This document shows positions 51,418 to 64,000 of a DNA stretch of 64,000 nucleotides, piece by piece. Both the position numbers and the translations under genes were made by a program. Origin of the DNA: Psilocybe cubensis (lineage: Eukaryota); NCBI GenBank assembly GCA_017499595.2, contig CM039003.1:1426001-1490000 (forward strand). The letters run 5' to 3'. Under the pieces are notes generated by a model, which was not told the origin of the DNA, searched no databases, and was given only the letters and a program-made list of their open reading frames with translations. The first letter of the stretch is position 1; every line of letters starts with the position of its first letter.

Positions 51418-52468
51418 CTATATCTTGTGGCGAGCAAAAACGTGAACGTGTGCCAGCCCAGGTACACTTTGTAATCTCTAAGTATGATAGTTAGGAATTG
51501 TAAAGGAGTGAAGAAAACTGAAAATTCGGCTTACAGGAGGATTAACAAACCATGCCGTTTCCCATTCACTCTCTGCCCATTTATTCTTGACAAATCTATG
51601 AACTTCTTTGCCTGCCCTTTCTATAAGTGCTGCCTGGGCTGGAGTAGGAGGATCGGATTTGATCATTTTGTCTGCTGTTATGCCCCATTCCGAAAGCGAA
51701 GGCAAGCAGGACGGAAGGTTTGATGGAGATGGCGGCGGTTCATCATTTCCTGTGAACCCCCACAGCCCGTCCTGATCGATTCTTGGCTTTACAGAGCTAT
51801 CAACAAGGTCGGGGTGATATATGGGAACCTTCGTCCAGATTAAAGTGTGCTCTATTTCGGGTGGGACTGTTAACACAAATTGGATTATGAACATCAATGT
51901 TGTAAAGGAAGGGTATGAGTTTCGCTCACCTGAGTAAGGCCAATCGTTTTGAATGATACTTATATAACGGCGCGGAGTTTCCCAAGAGAAATACGCGGGA
52001 GGCTCAGATTCCACAGTAGACGTATCATCGACCAAAGCGTCGACAGTCTCTTCTACCAGATCGGACTTGAGAAGCGACAAAGTATCCCGCTGACCCCAAC
52101 GTAGCCTGTGATTAGTAAGATAGTTGACTACAATTTTATTCAATTGCATTCACATATCAGTGAAGATGTGTTTCGTACCCATCGATCCATGCTGTGCTGT
52201 TATCCCAACGGCCCATTCATCATAACGTTTTTGAAGTGTCCTATCGCGCTTAAGCAACCCGAGATCCCTGGGTACAGGTGTTATCGATCGATGGCCTTGA
52301 CATGAACACAGGCGACGATACCCACCCTGAGTTGACGAAGGTTTTGAGTTGATTCCATGTAAACTTCGCTGGATAATGTACCAACAACTCCTCTTTTGTC
52401 GGAGGTCCTTTACGAAGGGGCACGCTCTCCTTGTCCAGTTGAGTTGCCGCAGCTGCTGAAGTGACCAT
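51418..52468 (-). CDS. DUF3605 (GIG1-like) protein
   Basis: FTWNQLK, DLGLLKR, IIQNDWPYS, WFVNPP|RLQSVPGLAHVHVFAR. Confidence 0.82.
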
Positions 52469-52846
52469 ATTCCGACGTTTGTGGGCAATAAGTTCAAGTT
52501 GCCGTCGTGGCCGTTTCAAAGTAGGCTATCGCGAATTCCGGCAAGGAGAACTATACAGAACCCCGAATTTGATATGCCAGATGTAGGGCTTGTTGATCAA
52601 GTGAGTATTGATATACTACTAGTATAACCAAGTCTCAGCGACGCAGAATAGATGAAAATACTCTGAGAACATGTCGGGTCGAAGTTAAAAGAAAATGAAC
52701 GTTGACAGATTGCCGTAACCCCTGTCTACTGGCCGGGTCACGGGCCGTTTTGTCTGGTCGATTCTAAACTCAAACTACCACCATTTACTCTGACCGCCAA
52801 CCTTCAAACTTGCATCAGAGCATAGTGTCTATGCACTGCACTCACG

Positions 52847-54220
52847 ATGTCAGATCAAAGAGCTAGAGGAAGAGGTACACCTAGAGGTGCCGAAGGAAGT
52901 TGGCGAGCTCGCGGAAGAGGTAAAGGAAGAGGGTCCACTTCCCCATCTTCAAGCTGGCATACCAATGGCCCCATTCAAAGAGATGCCTCAGTTAGTGCGA
53001 ATCCTACTGCCTCTGCGTCTGTATCATTCAGAAGACGAATGGACCTCATGGCCTCTGTGAGCAGGAGCAGCGGACTGGAAAAAGATGGCGATGAGTACGA
53101 TCATCTAATTATCTGACGTTGGCTGGCACATGATATATCTACAGTTATCCAGCTTGAAAAATTACAAGACACAGGAAGAGTATAAACATTTTATAAAAGA
53201 GAAGGTGCATCATCATCTTCTGCTGTGTCTTCCCTGCATTTATCCCAGTTCGCGATATAGGTCGAATCAATCTTTAAAGATCACGCTCGGTCTGTATCTG
53301 AATCCGAGGACGACAAAAAGAGACGGATAGATTCACAGGAAAATGTGCTCATTCTTTTCCGTGAGTTTATGTTAATTGTGTGGTACATTCAATTTATTAT
53401 TAACATTTTACGTTCTACCTTTAGGGAAGCTTAGAGAGGGCGTGTCCTCTTCCAACAGAAATGACGCATTTGCCTTGGAAAGTTAGTAGAAATTGATTAT
53501 ATGTGGTTGGTTTCTCACCTTGTTCTATTTCAAGCCTATGAAACCTCTCTCTATCTTTCAGCTCTTTTCGATTCTCCGAAGCAAACGATATCCATCATCC
53601 CTCATCTTCTACCAGTAAGACATGAAGACCCCCCGAAATTTACGTCGCACAGTCCGTCGGGGTACAGTGTTATGATCTCACTCTTACATCACCTCGTTGC
53701 ACAATATCCGTCGCAGGGCACGTACTTTCAACAACGAAATTCGCTTCCCAGTGGTTTACTACATACCTATTCTGAAGGCATGGAATGGCTAGCCTCTCTA
53801 ACCAAAAGCCTACGCTTCAGAAATTACGCCAAATTCGCAATGCTCACACAGCGATCTCATGTAATGGCTCTTCTTCAGCGATTCTCGGACAACGACAAAG
53901 CTGCATACAATTCACAGACGGGACTTAAATCCGATAGCGACCTCGCTATAAAAGCCATTTTGAATCTACTAGATTCTTTGAGAAAGAAAGTAAGCGAGAC
54001 TGCTTGGACTATCATTCGCGCTACGTATCGTGAACTTTCTTGCGATTCCACTCCTAATGAAACGGGAGCATGGCTTTCACGATCATTATGCCTTGAAAAT
54101 CTTCTCGATAGCCGATTCAGCGTCGATGCAGAACGCTGGCTTGTCGACAAAATTCCTATTGGGCATGTTCGCAGAAAAGAAGGTGTTGAAGGAAAGTGGG
54201 TCGTTTGCAAAGTTAGATGA
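52847..54220 (+). CDS. Hypothetical protein, possibly SAC3/THP3-like helical (PCI-type), with an RG-rich N-terminus
   Basis: Spliceable exons give ENVLILFRKLREGV...FALEAYETS and LRKKVSETAWTIIRATY. The family assignment rests on a weak motif resemblance only. Confidence 0.6.
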
Positions 54221-54367
54221 TCTTTGTTCCTAGTTCGGTATACGAATCTCTATACTTCAACCATACGAAGTCCCTGTGTTATTGAGATTCTCTTTGGTAT
54301 ATCCATGAACAAAATGCGTGAAGGTAATACAGTAAAATTTGAGTAACCAAGAAGGAGGTGAAGTAGT

Positions 54368-55665
54368 CTATTCTTTAATCCCAACTTTGCTCAGGAGATC
54401 CGCGAGATCATCTGCATCGTCCTTGGGTTTCGTTGAGGTTTCGGGTTGTGGGGCACCTTCATTGGCCTCTTTATCAGCCTCCCTGGCCTCCTCCTCTTTC
54501 TCGGCCTGATCTTCTTCCTCTTCTTCCTCCTTCAGTTCCTCCTCCTCTTCATCTTCTTCATCTGATGCGAAAAGTTTACCACCTCTTTGCTTCAATCCCA
54601 AAGAAAGGTTTTCGAGATGCTCATCATCCTCTTCAACATCGTTCCATTGTAGTTCTAAACGCATAAGGCTGTTAAGGCCTTGGCTGATAGCGTTGGACAA
54701 GACAGCGAAAGATGCGGTTTCCAGATTGTTATTCTGGATTTGAAGAGTGTGCAGTTTCGGGTTTGATCCGCTGGCTAGTTTCTCGATAAGAGTGGGTACT
54801 TCTCCATCTGCTGAGAGAACACAATCCGAAAGATTGAGGGTATGTAGGAGTGGCCATGAAGAGAGTGCCTCCGTCCAGGCTTCAACACCGGTTAGTTCAC
54901 CGTCGACGGTGAAGGTGTTATCCTGAAGATCGATGTGTTGGATATTAGGGTTTTTCGCCAATCCTCTCGCAAGCTGTGTAATTCCTTCCATGCGAATCCC
55001 ATTCTGCACCATCCGCACCTCTTCTAGCGTGCCATGTTCCGCAAATGCGTCGGCCCACGCTTCCGCGGATCCATTCTCCAGACGATTGCGGCCACAGATC
55101 ACGACCTTCAAATTCGATTTCTTTCCCTCAGCTTTACTCAGTTTAGCTGATTCGTGCAGGGCTTTGGCGATGACTTCTCCTCCGGCAGGGCCTAGTCCAT
55201 TGTTGTTCAACCTCAGTATCTGGAAACTCCTGTTGTGCGTCAAGAACGACACCATAGGATCGACGGATCGTCCTCCGAACGCGTTATCACTCAAGTTTAT
55301 TTCGACAAGCGACGTCTTGTCCACCAGGGCATCGCAAATGGCAGTCAAAGCTTGAGGAATCTCTGAGATCAAACGACCCGTGAAGATATCGGCGAAATCA
55401 GCAACCTTAGGGGTAGCACAAATCAGAATAAGACCTCATGAAAGGTTGACGGTATACATAGACATACCTTTATGGACGTAGCCTTGGCAAGGAATTCTGC
55501 CAGTGCCTCCGACGCGTCGACACCAATGGTATTCCCTCCAAAGTGCACTTCTTCCAGGATAGAGGGGTCAACATCCTTCAAGTACGGCTCGATATCAGCT
55601 CTGGTATCGAGCTTGAGGCCTTTGCCATGTAATGAGAATATCTTTGGGTTAGATGTAGAAGCCAT
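54368..55665 (-). CDS. RNA1: Ran GTPase-activating protein (LRR + acidic tail)
   Basis: GGNTIG, ADFADIFTGRLISEIP, LSDNAFG, LNNNGLG, ICGRNRLENGS and an E-rich tail. Confidence 0.96.
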
Positions 55666-56070
55666 TAGGTTAATGATGATGGTAGTGGTGTAATTAAGAG
55701 TCGATATCGAAATCAAATCAAATTTCCTCCCAGGATTATCAGTCTCACGTGATCGTCTTTTGTGGTAATGGAGTGGCACGCGTTTGGGCGCTTATTCCAC
55801 AATTACCCCGGAAAACGATCTTCCAAATTGCGATATCGGGACGTTTCACAATTCTAAAAGTCGTTTAGCTTGCTTGTAGAACTGATAGATATAAAAATGT
55901 GAAAAAAATGATTCAATAGCAAACGTGGTACAAGGACGTAATAATGTTATTGTGACCGTAGTGATGTGAATATTTATCATGAACGACCCAAGCCCACAAA
56001 AAGACAAACATGGTAAAGCTAGTTGAGAGAACAAGGGATAAGCAACCATTCGAATCTATCCTTCGTTCTT

Positions 56071-59000
56071 CTAGATAACTGCATTGATTCCAACGTGAAT
56101 AATCCTGAAAAAAAGAGAAGTGTTGAGTTAGTTGAATTCAACTGTCCCAAATCTGTGCTTGTAACTCACTCATCGGCCGATGTTAACCAGTTAGCTGTCT
56201 CCGGGAACATCGTTGCTAAATTGAATATTTCAGTATTTATGAGAAAATAAATATATATAGGGTCTTACCCAGGCGACGGTAAATCGATTCAATGAGAACA
56301 GCTCTGAGGTAGTTGACAACGGGCGATACCGCTCCCCATCCGTTTATCTTTTTGGACACAACATGATAGTGAGGAGCACTGAATTATACAAATGTAAGTA
56401 CGGAGTATTCAAGTAAAATCTTCAAAAGCGATAAACAACGTACACATGTGTAGCCGTTCTCGAAACAGTGCGGATTTCTTGAAGCAACGTATCGCTTACA
56501 GCAGGGTTCAAACGCCTTTCGAGGTCGCAGATCTTGTCAGTTAAGTCGTTGATCTGGTCAATTTAAATTTATCAGGAATGATTTGTACTTTCGTAGGATA
56601 AATTCCTTTTACCTTCACGTCGAAATCGTCCCGGAACCCAATATAGTAGGTGACACCGTAAAAGCCTGCGAAAGCAATCCGTTATCAACAAAAGAGTAGT
56701 CACAAGGTAAATCCATGCTAATCGTACCCTCAATGGTGCGAACTTTAGTCACAACATATCTCTCTTCTTTGGGAACCCGAGCAGTTGGAACAACGCAGAC
56801 TGAGAGGAAAATCTAGTGAGGTATGAGGTTCAATATACATGAGCAAACCATGGCGTGTGTTATAAAGCAAATATACGCACGACGACTCGGGGAAGAGCAG
56901 GCCACTGTCGAATAAATCCTGAACAAAGACATTAATTAGAAGCTTCAGATTCCGACATATAAGGGCCTTTACTCACCAATAAATGTATGAGGAACACCAG
57001 GGCCAGACGCAATCTTGTGGAAAACGGCACATGAGGGTATTCTCTGAAGCTCCTTCTTCTCGCTGTGTTTCTCGTCAATCTTGCCATCACCTCTCTGGAG
57101 CTCATGTATATCAACGTGTTTCTCATCAGCAAATTTGGCATCATCCGAAGGTAATTCCTTCCCTAAAAAGTAATACGACATGTCCTCCGATCCGCTGTCG
57201 TCATCGAGACTGTGACCATTCTTCGATGTTTGGTGGATGAAGTGTCGAAGGTTCATGCGGTTCTTTCCATCAAAATTGTCTTCGTGTGACTGCGTGTACC
57301 AACATAAATTTGGATGATGACATAAAAAGATTAAATGGAACTTACCTTAGCCCATACCCAGAGAACCATGATCAACTCTAGGACACATCCAATGAGCAGA
57401 GGTACCCATGCACCGTGTGGAACCTTTTTGAATGCCGCTCCCCAGAAAAGAGCTAAACCCAACCATTATCAATGGAAGAGCCATAAAACTTGGCCTCGAC
57501 CACTCACCATCGAAGAATCCAAATGTCAGGAAATAGCAAATACCAACAATAATCGGCCAGTGTTTGACATAGAACATTTGTATGGACAAAAGCAAACTTG
57601 TGGATATCATAACAGTGGCGACGGCAAAGCCATATGCATTGGTCAGGTTAGCGAGATTTTTGAATACTCCGACAATGACGACAGTGGCGATCAACAGAAT
57701 CCAGTTGATGGCAGGGATATATACCTGACCCTGGATAGTCTCCGAAGTGTAGAGCATCTTAATAGGAGGGAAGGCCTTGCTATTGATAACTTGCTGGACA
57801 AGACTGAATGTGGCGGTAATAAGAGCCTGAGATGCGATGAGCTGTGTGAAAACCATAGTCAATATACGGTTTTTGTACAATAAAATAGAAGTCTACCGTA
57901 GCAAGCACAGCGAAGACAAACATGATCCTTGAAGTAGATTTGTCAGTAGCCTCCTATGCCAAAATTGTCTGTCCGTAATCACCAGTAGAGAGGACCATTA
58001 ATTGGTCCGGGAATGGTAGTGTAAAACATGTTGGGAAGAATCGCCTCTCCACCAACAATGAGGCGGGCCCCTTGACCCAGATACGCAAATATCAATGCGG
58101 GATAGACGAAGATACAGAATGATAGCTGCGCGTAGCAAATACGACAGAAGGTCAAAGAAAGAATCACAACATAGTAAACTGAAAAAAACATACTCGTATT
58201 GATGCAGCGTTAAATTGTCCAAGGCTATGGGGTCACAATGAATGGGCAGTCGAAAAGTAAAATAAACCAACAGACTTTGCAAACATGGCTTCACACCCTG
58301 TCACTGCCAGCAAAATTCCAGCAAGGAGGTCATAATCCTTTGTCCTGACGAATACTATCGAGGCAGTTATGAATAATATAAGACAGATTTAAGTGATCAC
58401 ACTTACGCAAAACCGCACGGGAAGGGTCGAATGCACGGAAGATTCCTGGGTAGAACGTTGTATTGTAGATACCAGTTCCGAGGAGGAGGAGGAACCATAG
58501 AAAAGCAACTGTGAGATAGTCAATGAATAATGTCACAAACTGCCATTTGGGTGCCTACGTACCCGGCGAGAACAAAAACGACAAACGCGCAGTTCCAAAT
58601 TGTTGTACGAGGAATAATGCAATCAAGAAAGCCTGTTTTATATTTAGAGGTCGATCGAGGTTCGAGGGCGGCGTGTAGCTTACAATAGATATTCCGGTGA
58701 TATCACCAACAACAGATGGTTTAGCAACCCCGATTCCGGCAACAGCGCTAGTGACCGACACGGCAGGAGTGAAGATACCATCTGCCATGGTTAAACTATA
58801 ACACGATTAGCCTATCGATGCCTTTGATAATTACTCTATGCTTACGCGGTACCAAACAGACACTTTGCAAATCATATTCAGTGTTGTATCACAACGTGCC
58901 ATTATAAGACGTACCCATAGAAGCAACGGCCAACGAATTTTCTCCTTAAAAGTGCTGGGTTTCTGTCTCTCTTCTCCATTAAGAGTTTCTCCAGTGAGTG

Positions 59001-59513
59001 TACGATCCGAATCAACGTCAACTTCTTTGGGAGGATATAAGCCTTGGTATAATGCAAAAGAGCCTCCCTCTCCTGCAAAACCGGTCAGAACGAGGAAATA
59101 ATCGTGTCTCTGGAACGCTCGCCTTCTTTGGTGCCGAAGTACAGAGAGATGCACACCTAATAAGCGTTAGACTGGAGGGTTATTGGGATTGTCTGTGCGT
59201 ACATATTTTAACAGTGGGAGGAGGGTGAGGGACCATATAATGGCACTGATGCCCCCAATAACGTCTTCCGTTGGGGGAACAGGACCTGACGCTGGCCAGA
59301 TACCATTCAGGACATAAAGAGGAGACGTTCCAATATCGGAGTAGATGATTCCTGAAGGCAAGAGCATTGTGACCATTTTAGCTGCGAAGTGAGATGGCTT
59401 GTTAGATACTTACCAAGCGTCTGGAAGCTGAGGGCAACGAGAGGCAAGCCAGTCAACTTGACCGCCTTACGCTTCGCATTCAAGCCCAGGTCTGTAGGTT
59501 CTCCAAAAGACAT
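56071..59513 (-). CDS. KUP/HAK/KT-family potassium transporter
   Basis: GIIYSDIGTSPLY, GEGGSFALY, ADGIFTPAVSVTSAV, GCEAMFA, AYLGQGA, GQVYIPAINW and AYGFAV. Confidence 0.95.
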
Positions 59514-61259
59514 AGTGTCGAGAATGGCCAGGGAAGAGCTCGAGCGCAGTTTTTAGCCCCACCTACGCAGCGTTATATACTAGAAACAATAGGATAGTCA
59601 GTAGCGGCGGGTCCCTGATTCACGTCAAAAGCATCAAAATGCTGTCTGAGCACGAGAATCTGAATCCAAATATTATACGATAGACAACCGTATTTCCGAA
59701 GTTTAAAGGAATGGCATAATTCGCGCAACATGGGAGATAGGGAAAGTATTTGGATTCAGACTGAGCGATTAAAGCCATAGGTGCGTCACAAGTGACAATC
59801 CTAAAATTGAGATTTAGTAGCGCCGATACAAGAGCTGTTGGATTTCCTCATCAGCATTCATAATCGGGCTAGATGGGGATGTATGGTGGATTTCTTTCCT
59901 ATAACTTAAGAGGTATTTCAAGACAAACAATGGCCCTACACTTATACATACCAGGCTGTGGTAACAGGCTTCGGATTTGCAGTGACGTGATTGTTTGAGA
60001 GCAAGTTATAAATAGAATGAAGGACGAACCAACACTTGGAAGGTATGGCAGAAAAAAGTGTTATCCGCGTGCCCTTCCAACGATTTGGGGATGTGCTATC
60101 ATCTGGCCCGGCCTCGGCTTCAACTGAGACAGAACCAGCGCACAAGTTCTGTGCAATCATGGTTGTCGGCCCTTGAAACTTGATTGATCATTTCCAAGTC
60201 CAACGGCCCCTACGCGGAAAAAGTAATGCATCCGACCTAGTGCTATAGTACAACAGGGACTTTACTCACGGCATATTCGCAAAGCTTAAAATTGTAGCGT
60301 GTAGTTTTCCGTAGCATGAAACCGCACAGTTCACTGTACGGCGTCTTCGGATCTATTTTCAGATGGAGGAGAGTTACCCAGCCTCTTTATGGAGTGGTCA
60401 AGAATGCCCATCCCATAATAGATCCAGCAGTGGGATAGCCATTCGCATATCCTAGTCGCTCTAGTGAAATCAATTGCCAGGCTGTCCAAAGGGAAATCCG
60501 CCAAAGTGCTGTCTTGGTGATGGAAAATGGAGGACTAATTGACAGTGTGACAAGGAAAGTCTTTCTGCCCTGCTAAAAGGGAGTATACAGAGACTAAAGG
60601 CGTGCAACCCGATGTCATGAATGAGGTATTCGGACTGTATCATGATCATAAATGAAAATGAAGTCAACAGGTCGCCGTGGTCTGTTTTTACTATCTTTTG
60701 ACAGATCATTATTCGGGTATGTGTGCAATGCGGACATTTTGCTATGGCTGTCAGAAACCTGTTCTTGGACGCATGAATAGAGCAAAAGCCCACGAATACC
60801 AGTCATGCATTTTTGTTACAGCTGTTTGCATGCGACCAAAAGCAGCTGCAAGGCATCTCGCATCTAGACCCTGTGCCAGGAACCAGTACACACGACTGAC
60901 AAGACACTCTGGAGACGTCGCAGCACAACCAGATGATGATCTTTTCCGTATAACTCGAGCATCCTCTTGTTGGGACATGTTGACGATGGCCGTTGTGTGC
61001 AGAGATCGAGAGCTAGGCGGTGGCGGTGTGGGGCAATGGCACGTGACAGTGACATGAAATTCTCGTGCCAGGGACGTCGCTAGCGAGTGTCAGTGCGCGC
61101 ATCTTCAACCTGCCTCGACTCAAGTTCCCACCAAGAGTCAACGCGTTCATATTCAACTTCCACCATTCTTTGCCATCGGGCTAACTATCTGTTGCTATTT
61201 TCACCCCTTTCTTTCCCGGATTTCGTGCAACTCAGGCTGGTTCACTCAAACGCACAACA

Positions 61260-62247
61260 ATGTCATTTTTCAACTCGATCAGGTCTGTATTTTGCGCTGT
61301 ACAAATGCTGTCGATGAACTTTTAAAATTCTAGCAGGTCTATGACGCGCTCTCAGCGTCCTCCTAAACGGGCAACTACACCGACTTCTGCAACCTTTTCG
61401 CCTACGGAGATGTTACCTCCTCCCAGCCCTGTTGTCTCGTCGCCAAGAACTCCTCCAGTTCCGAGGCCCCTGTACCTGTCCAGCCCTTTTGTTGAAGCAG
61501 CGCTAGTCAAGGGAAACTTTAAGACAATCGTCATGCTACCAAAATACGTTGATATCATGGAATGGGTGGCTTTGAATAGTGCGTTGTCATGTCTCGTCAG
61601 AGATTGTACCGAACTCTGATTGTGATTTCTTACGTCAATCAAGTCTTCGACTTTTACACCAACCTGAACGAGTTTTATGGTGTCATCACGGAATGCTGCA
61701 CACAACAATCTTGTCCTACAATGTCTGCTGGCCAGACGTACGTCCCGCCTTGCGAAATCACCCGAGTCATGCTAACTCTATTGTAGATTGAATTATACCT
61801 GGATTAATCACGACCGCAAAAGTGTTAACCTTCCTGCTCCAACATACATTGACTATGTTATGACATGGATTCAAAATTTACTGAACGATGAGGCAACATT
61901 TCCTACGAAATCAGGTGAGTATAGTAATATATCCCCTTGTGAAGCAGATGATCAGTAACTGACTGAATCCTCCAGGTCACGATTTCCCTCCCTCATTTCC
62001 TTCTACTGTGAAGCACGTATATAGACAACTTCTTCGCGTCTTTGCGCACATATACCACGCACACTTCCATCAACTTCTCCACCTCCGCTCCGAACCGCAT
62101 TTCAACTCGCTATTCGCCCACTTCTTGGCCTTTGGCCGTGAATACGAATTGCTTGAGATGAAAGATGTCAAGGGCTCACCATCAGCCCCGGTTGGTGTCG
62201 GCCAGCTCTGGGAGAAGTGGCGAGACATGGGCATCCTGGAGGGTTGA
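61260..62247 (+). CDS. Mob2-like NDR kinase co-activator, copy 1
   Basis: LVKGNFKTIVMLPKYVDIMEWVALN, FDFYTNLNEFYG, CPTMSAG, PAPTYID and RQLLRVFAHIYHAH. Confidence 0.92.
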
Positions 62248-62841
62248 AAACCCTCTTTCTTTTTCGTTTGGGTTTTGGGACTAAATTAATGTTTTCCTTC
62301 TCTTTTCATCTGTCTATTTATCCATCTGCCGTTTTCTTTCCTACGTGGATAGGCTCTACTATAATACCACCAAGGCACTTTGCTATACCACACTTTCTGT
62401 AGATTAGATTGTTTTCACCATTATCTACTAACTTCAAAAGCGAACATCAGAGATGAAGAAATCATCATTTACTTTCATATTTCCCGCAAGCATCTGAGTT
62501 TCCAGGATTCTTACTTCGAAATCGACCATAGATCAGTAAGAAAATCAGACTTGGGGGACGACCCGTATTAATTCACATATTACCCCTATTATCAAAGCGG
62601 AGGGTCTACCACACCATGTACAGTCAGTCCTTCCTTCGTAATCTATATCAACAGGAAACGAATAAATTCGAAATCAGCAACGGTGGCTAGGTCAAGTTCT
62701 AGGATCGCAACGAAGCGAAGCCTTGGGTCACCATGTCGCTTGTCAAAGTTTTCTTTTTTCGTCCGGATATAGCACCGTAAACCCATATACGGGTGTTGCA
62801 GCAACCCTCGCTTCCTTCCTTGCAACACTAAACCCCATCCC

Positions 62842-63814
62842 ATGTTCTCAACCAACCGCAATCGCGCGCCGCGAGCGAGGCGGTCGCCGACGCCCTCTGG
62901 TGGCCAGGGCCCTGTCAGGAAGGACTCTGGTGGGCCGCCGCCGTCGAGGTCGCCGTCGCCTGGTGCCCAGAACCCCTCGAAACCCCTGTACCTCTGCACA
63001 CCCTTCGCTGACGCTGCCCTCGTCAAGGGCAACTTCAAGACGATCGTCATGCTCCCCAAGTACACCGACATCATGGAGTGGGTCGCTGTGAACAGTGCGT
63101 GTTTCTGGGTGTGGCTGCCCCCCCTGTGTGCAGGGCGTTAGCGCCGAGATAGGGCGCGATGACTGATTTGCTGTCGTTGCATCCTCGTGTAGTTTTCGAC
63201 TTTTATACCAACCTGAACGAGTTTTATGGTGTTATTGCGGAGACGTGCACGCAGCACTCGTGTCCGACGATGAGTGGTGGCCCCTCGTAAGATTTTTATT
63301 CTTCTCGTTAGATCGCCACTGACCTCATCACCACGACTATATCGCAGATTAAACTACGTGTGGACACACCAAGGAGGAAAGCAAGCAAACCTGCCCGCAC
63401 CTACATACATCGACTACGTGATGACGTCCATCCAGAACCTCATCGACGACGAAAACATCTTCCCCACAAAATCAAGTACGTCCTCCCTCTCCTATCCCGC
63501 CATCCTCCCCAAAGCTCACGCTACGCCCCACGAACGCCGCAGACCAAGCATTCCACCCCTCCTTCCCCGCAACGGTCAGGACGGTGTACCGCCAGCTTCT
63601 GCGCGTCTTTGCGCACATCTATCACGCGCACTACCCGCAGATCCTGCACCTGCGCTCCGAGCCGCACTTCAACTCGCTCTTCGCGCACTTCCTCGCGTTC
63701 GGGCGCGAGTACGAGCTGCTCGAGGTGCGCGATATCAAGGGCGAGCCGAACGCACCCGTTGGCGTCGGCCTCCTTTGGGAGCGGTGGAAGGAGAAGGGCA
63801 TCTTGGAGAGCTGA
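62842..63814 (+). CDS. Mob2-like NDR kinase co-activator, copy 2 (alternative upstream ATG at 62733 possible)
   Basis: Same Mob motifs and intron positions as copy 1; ends WKEKGILES*. Confidence 0.9.
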
Positions 63815-64000
63815 GCTTGACCGTGGTCATGTACCTTTTGCATATTCTACCTGTTTCTGTTTCTGCTTTTTTGCTTTCTTCTGTTGAGTGTCATCAAGAA
63901 GAGGACGGATTGTACGGTTTTAGTTTTCTTTTCTTTTCCACTTTCAAACTTTCAATACGCAAGCTGAGGACTGGAATGAATCATTACACGTCGGTGACCA

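Noticed and set aside
43126-52468. Protease + FAD oxidase + SET + DUF3605 as a secondary-metabolite cluster
   Set aside because: No PKS, NRPS, terpene synthase or recognisable RiPP precursor in the window.
59520-61250. 1.7-kb divergent intergenic region with short ORFs
   Set aside because: No inverted or direct repeats or coding signature found by eye.

Overview
Intron-rich fungal genomic DNA. Short 45-60 nt GT-AG introns with CTRAY branch points and the gene repertoire point to an agaricomycete basidiomycete (inference). About 27 protein-coding genes can be reconstructed by hand: GH35 beta-galactosidase (5' part), two tandem DUF6534-type membrane proteins, two tandem CE8 pectin methylesterases, FEN1, a conserved hypothetical protein, DcpS, COX20, a Cdc25/rhodanese (Acr2/Ych1-like) enzyme, an aquaglyceroporin, GCFC2/Ntr2-like, Rad60/Esc2-like, CET1, VDAC porin, a long non-RD protein kinase, SEN54, an A1 aspartic protease, a BBE-like FAD oxidoreductase, a SET-domain protein, DUF3605, a possible SAC3/THP3-like protein, RanGAP, a KUP/HAK K+ transporter and two tandem Mob2-like genes. 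Four observations stand out. (1) A 1087-bp non-coding DNA transposon at 10925-12011 has ~130-bp terminal inverted repeats, a CGTCAG target-site duplication and 21-bp-periodic subterminal motifs, and sits in the PME promoter. (2) An aquaglyceroporin lies directly upstream of a Cdc25-type putative arsenate reductase, with a potential in-frame fusion splice. (3) A ~11-kb domain has microsatellite-inflated introns and exons. (4) The kinase tail carries five KEN boxes. Gene boundaries come from manual splicing and no database searches were run.
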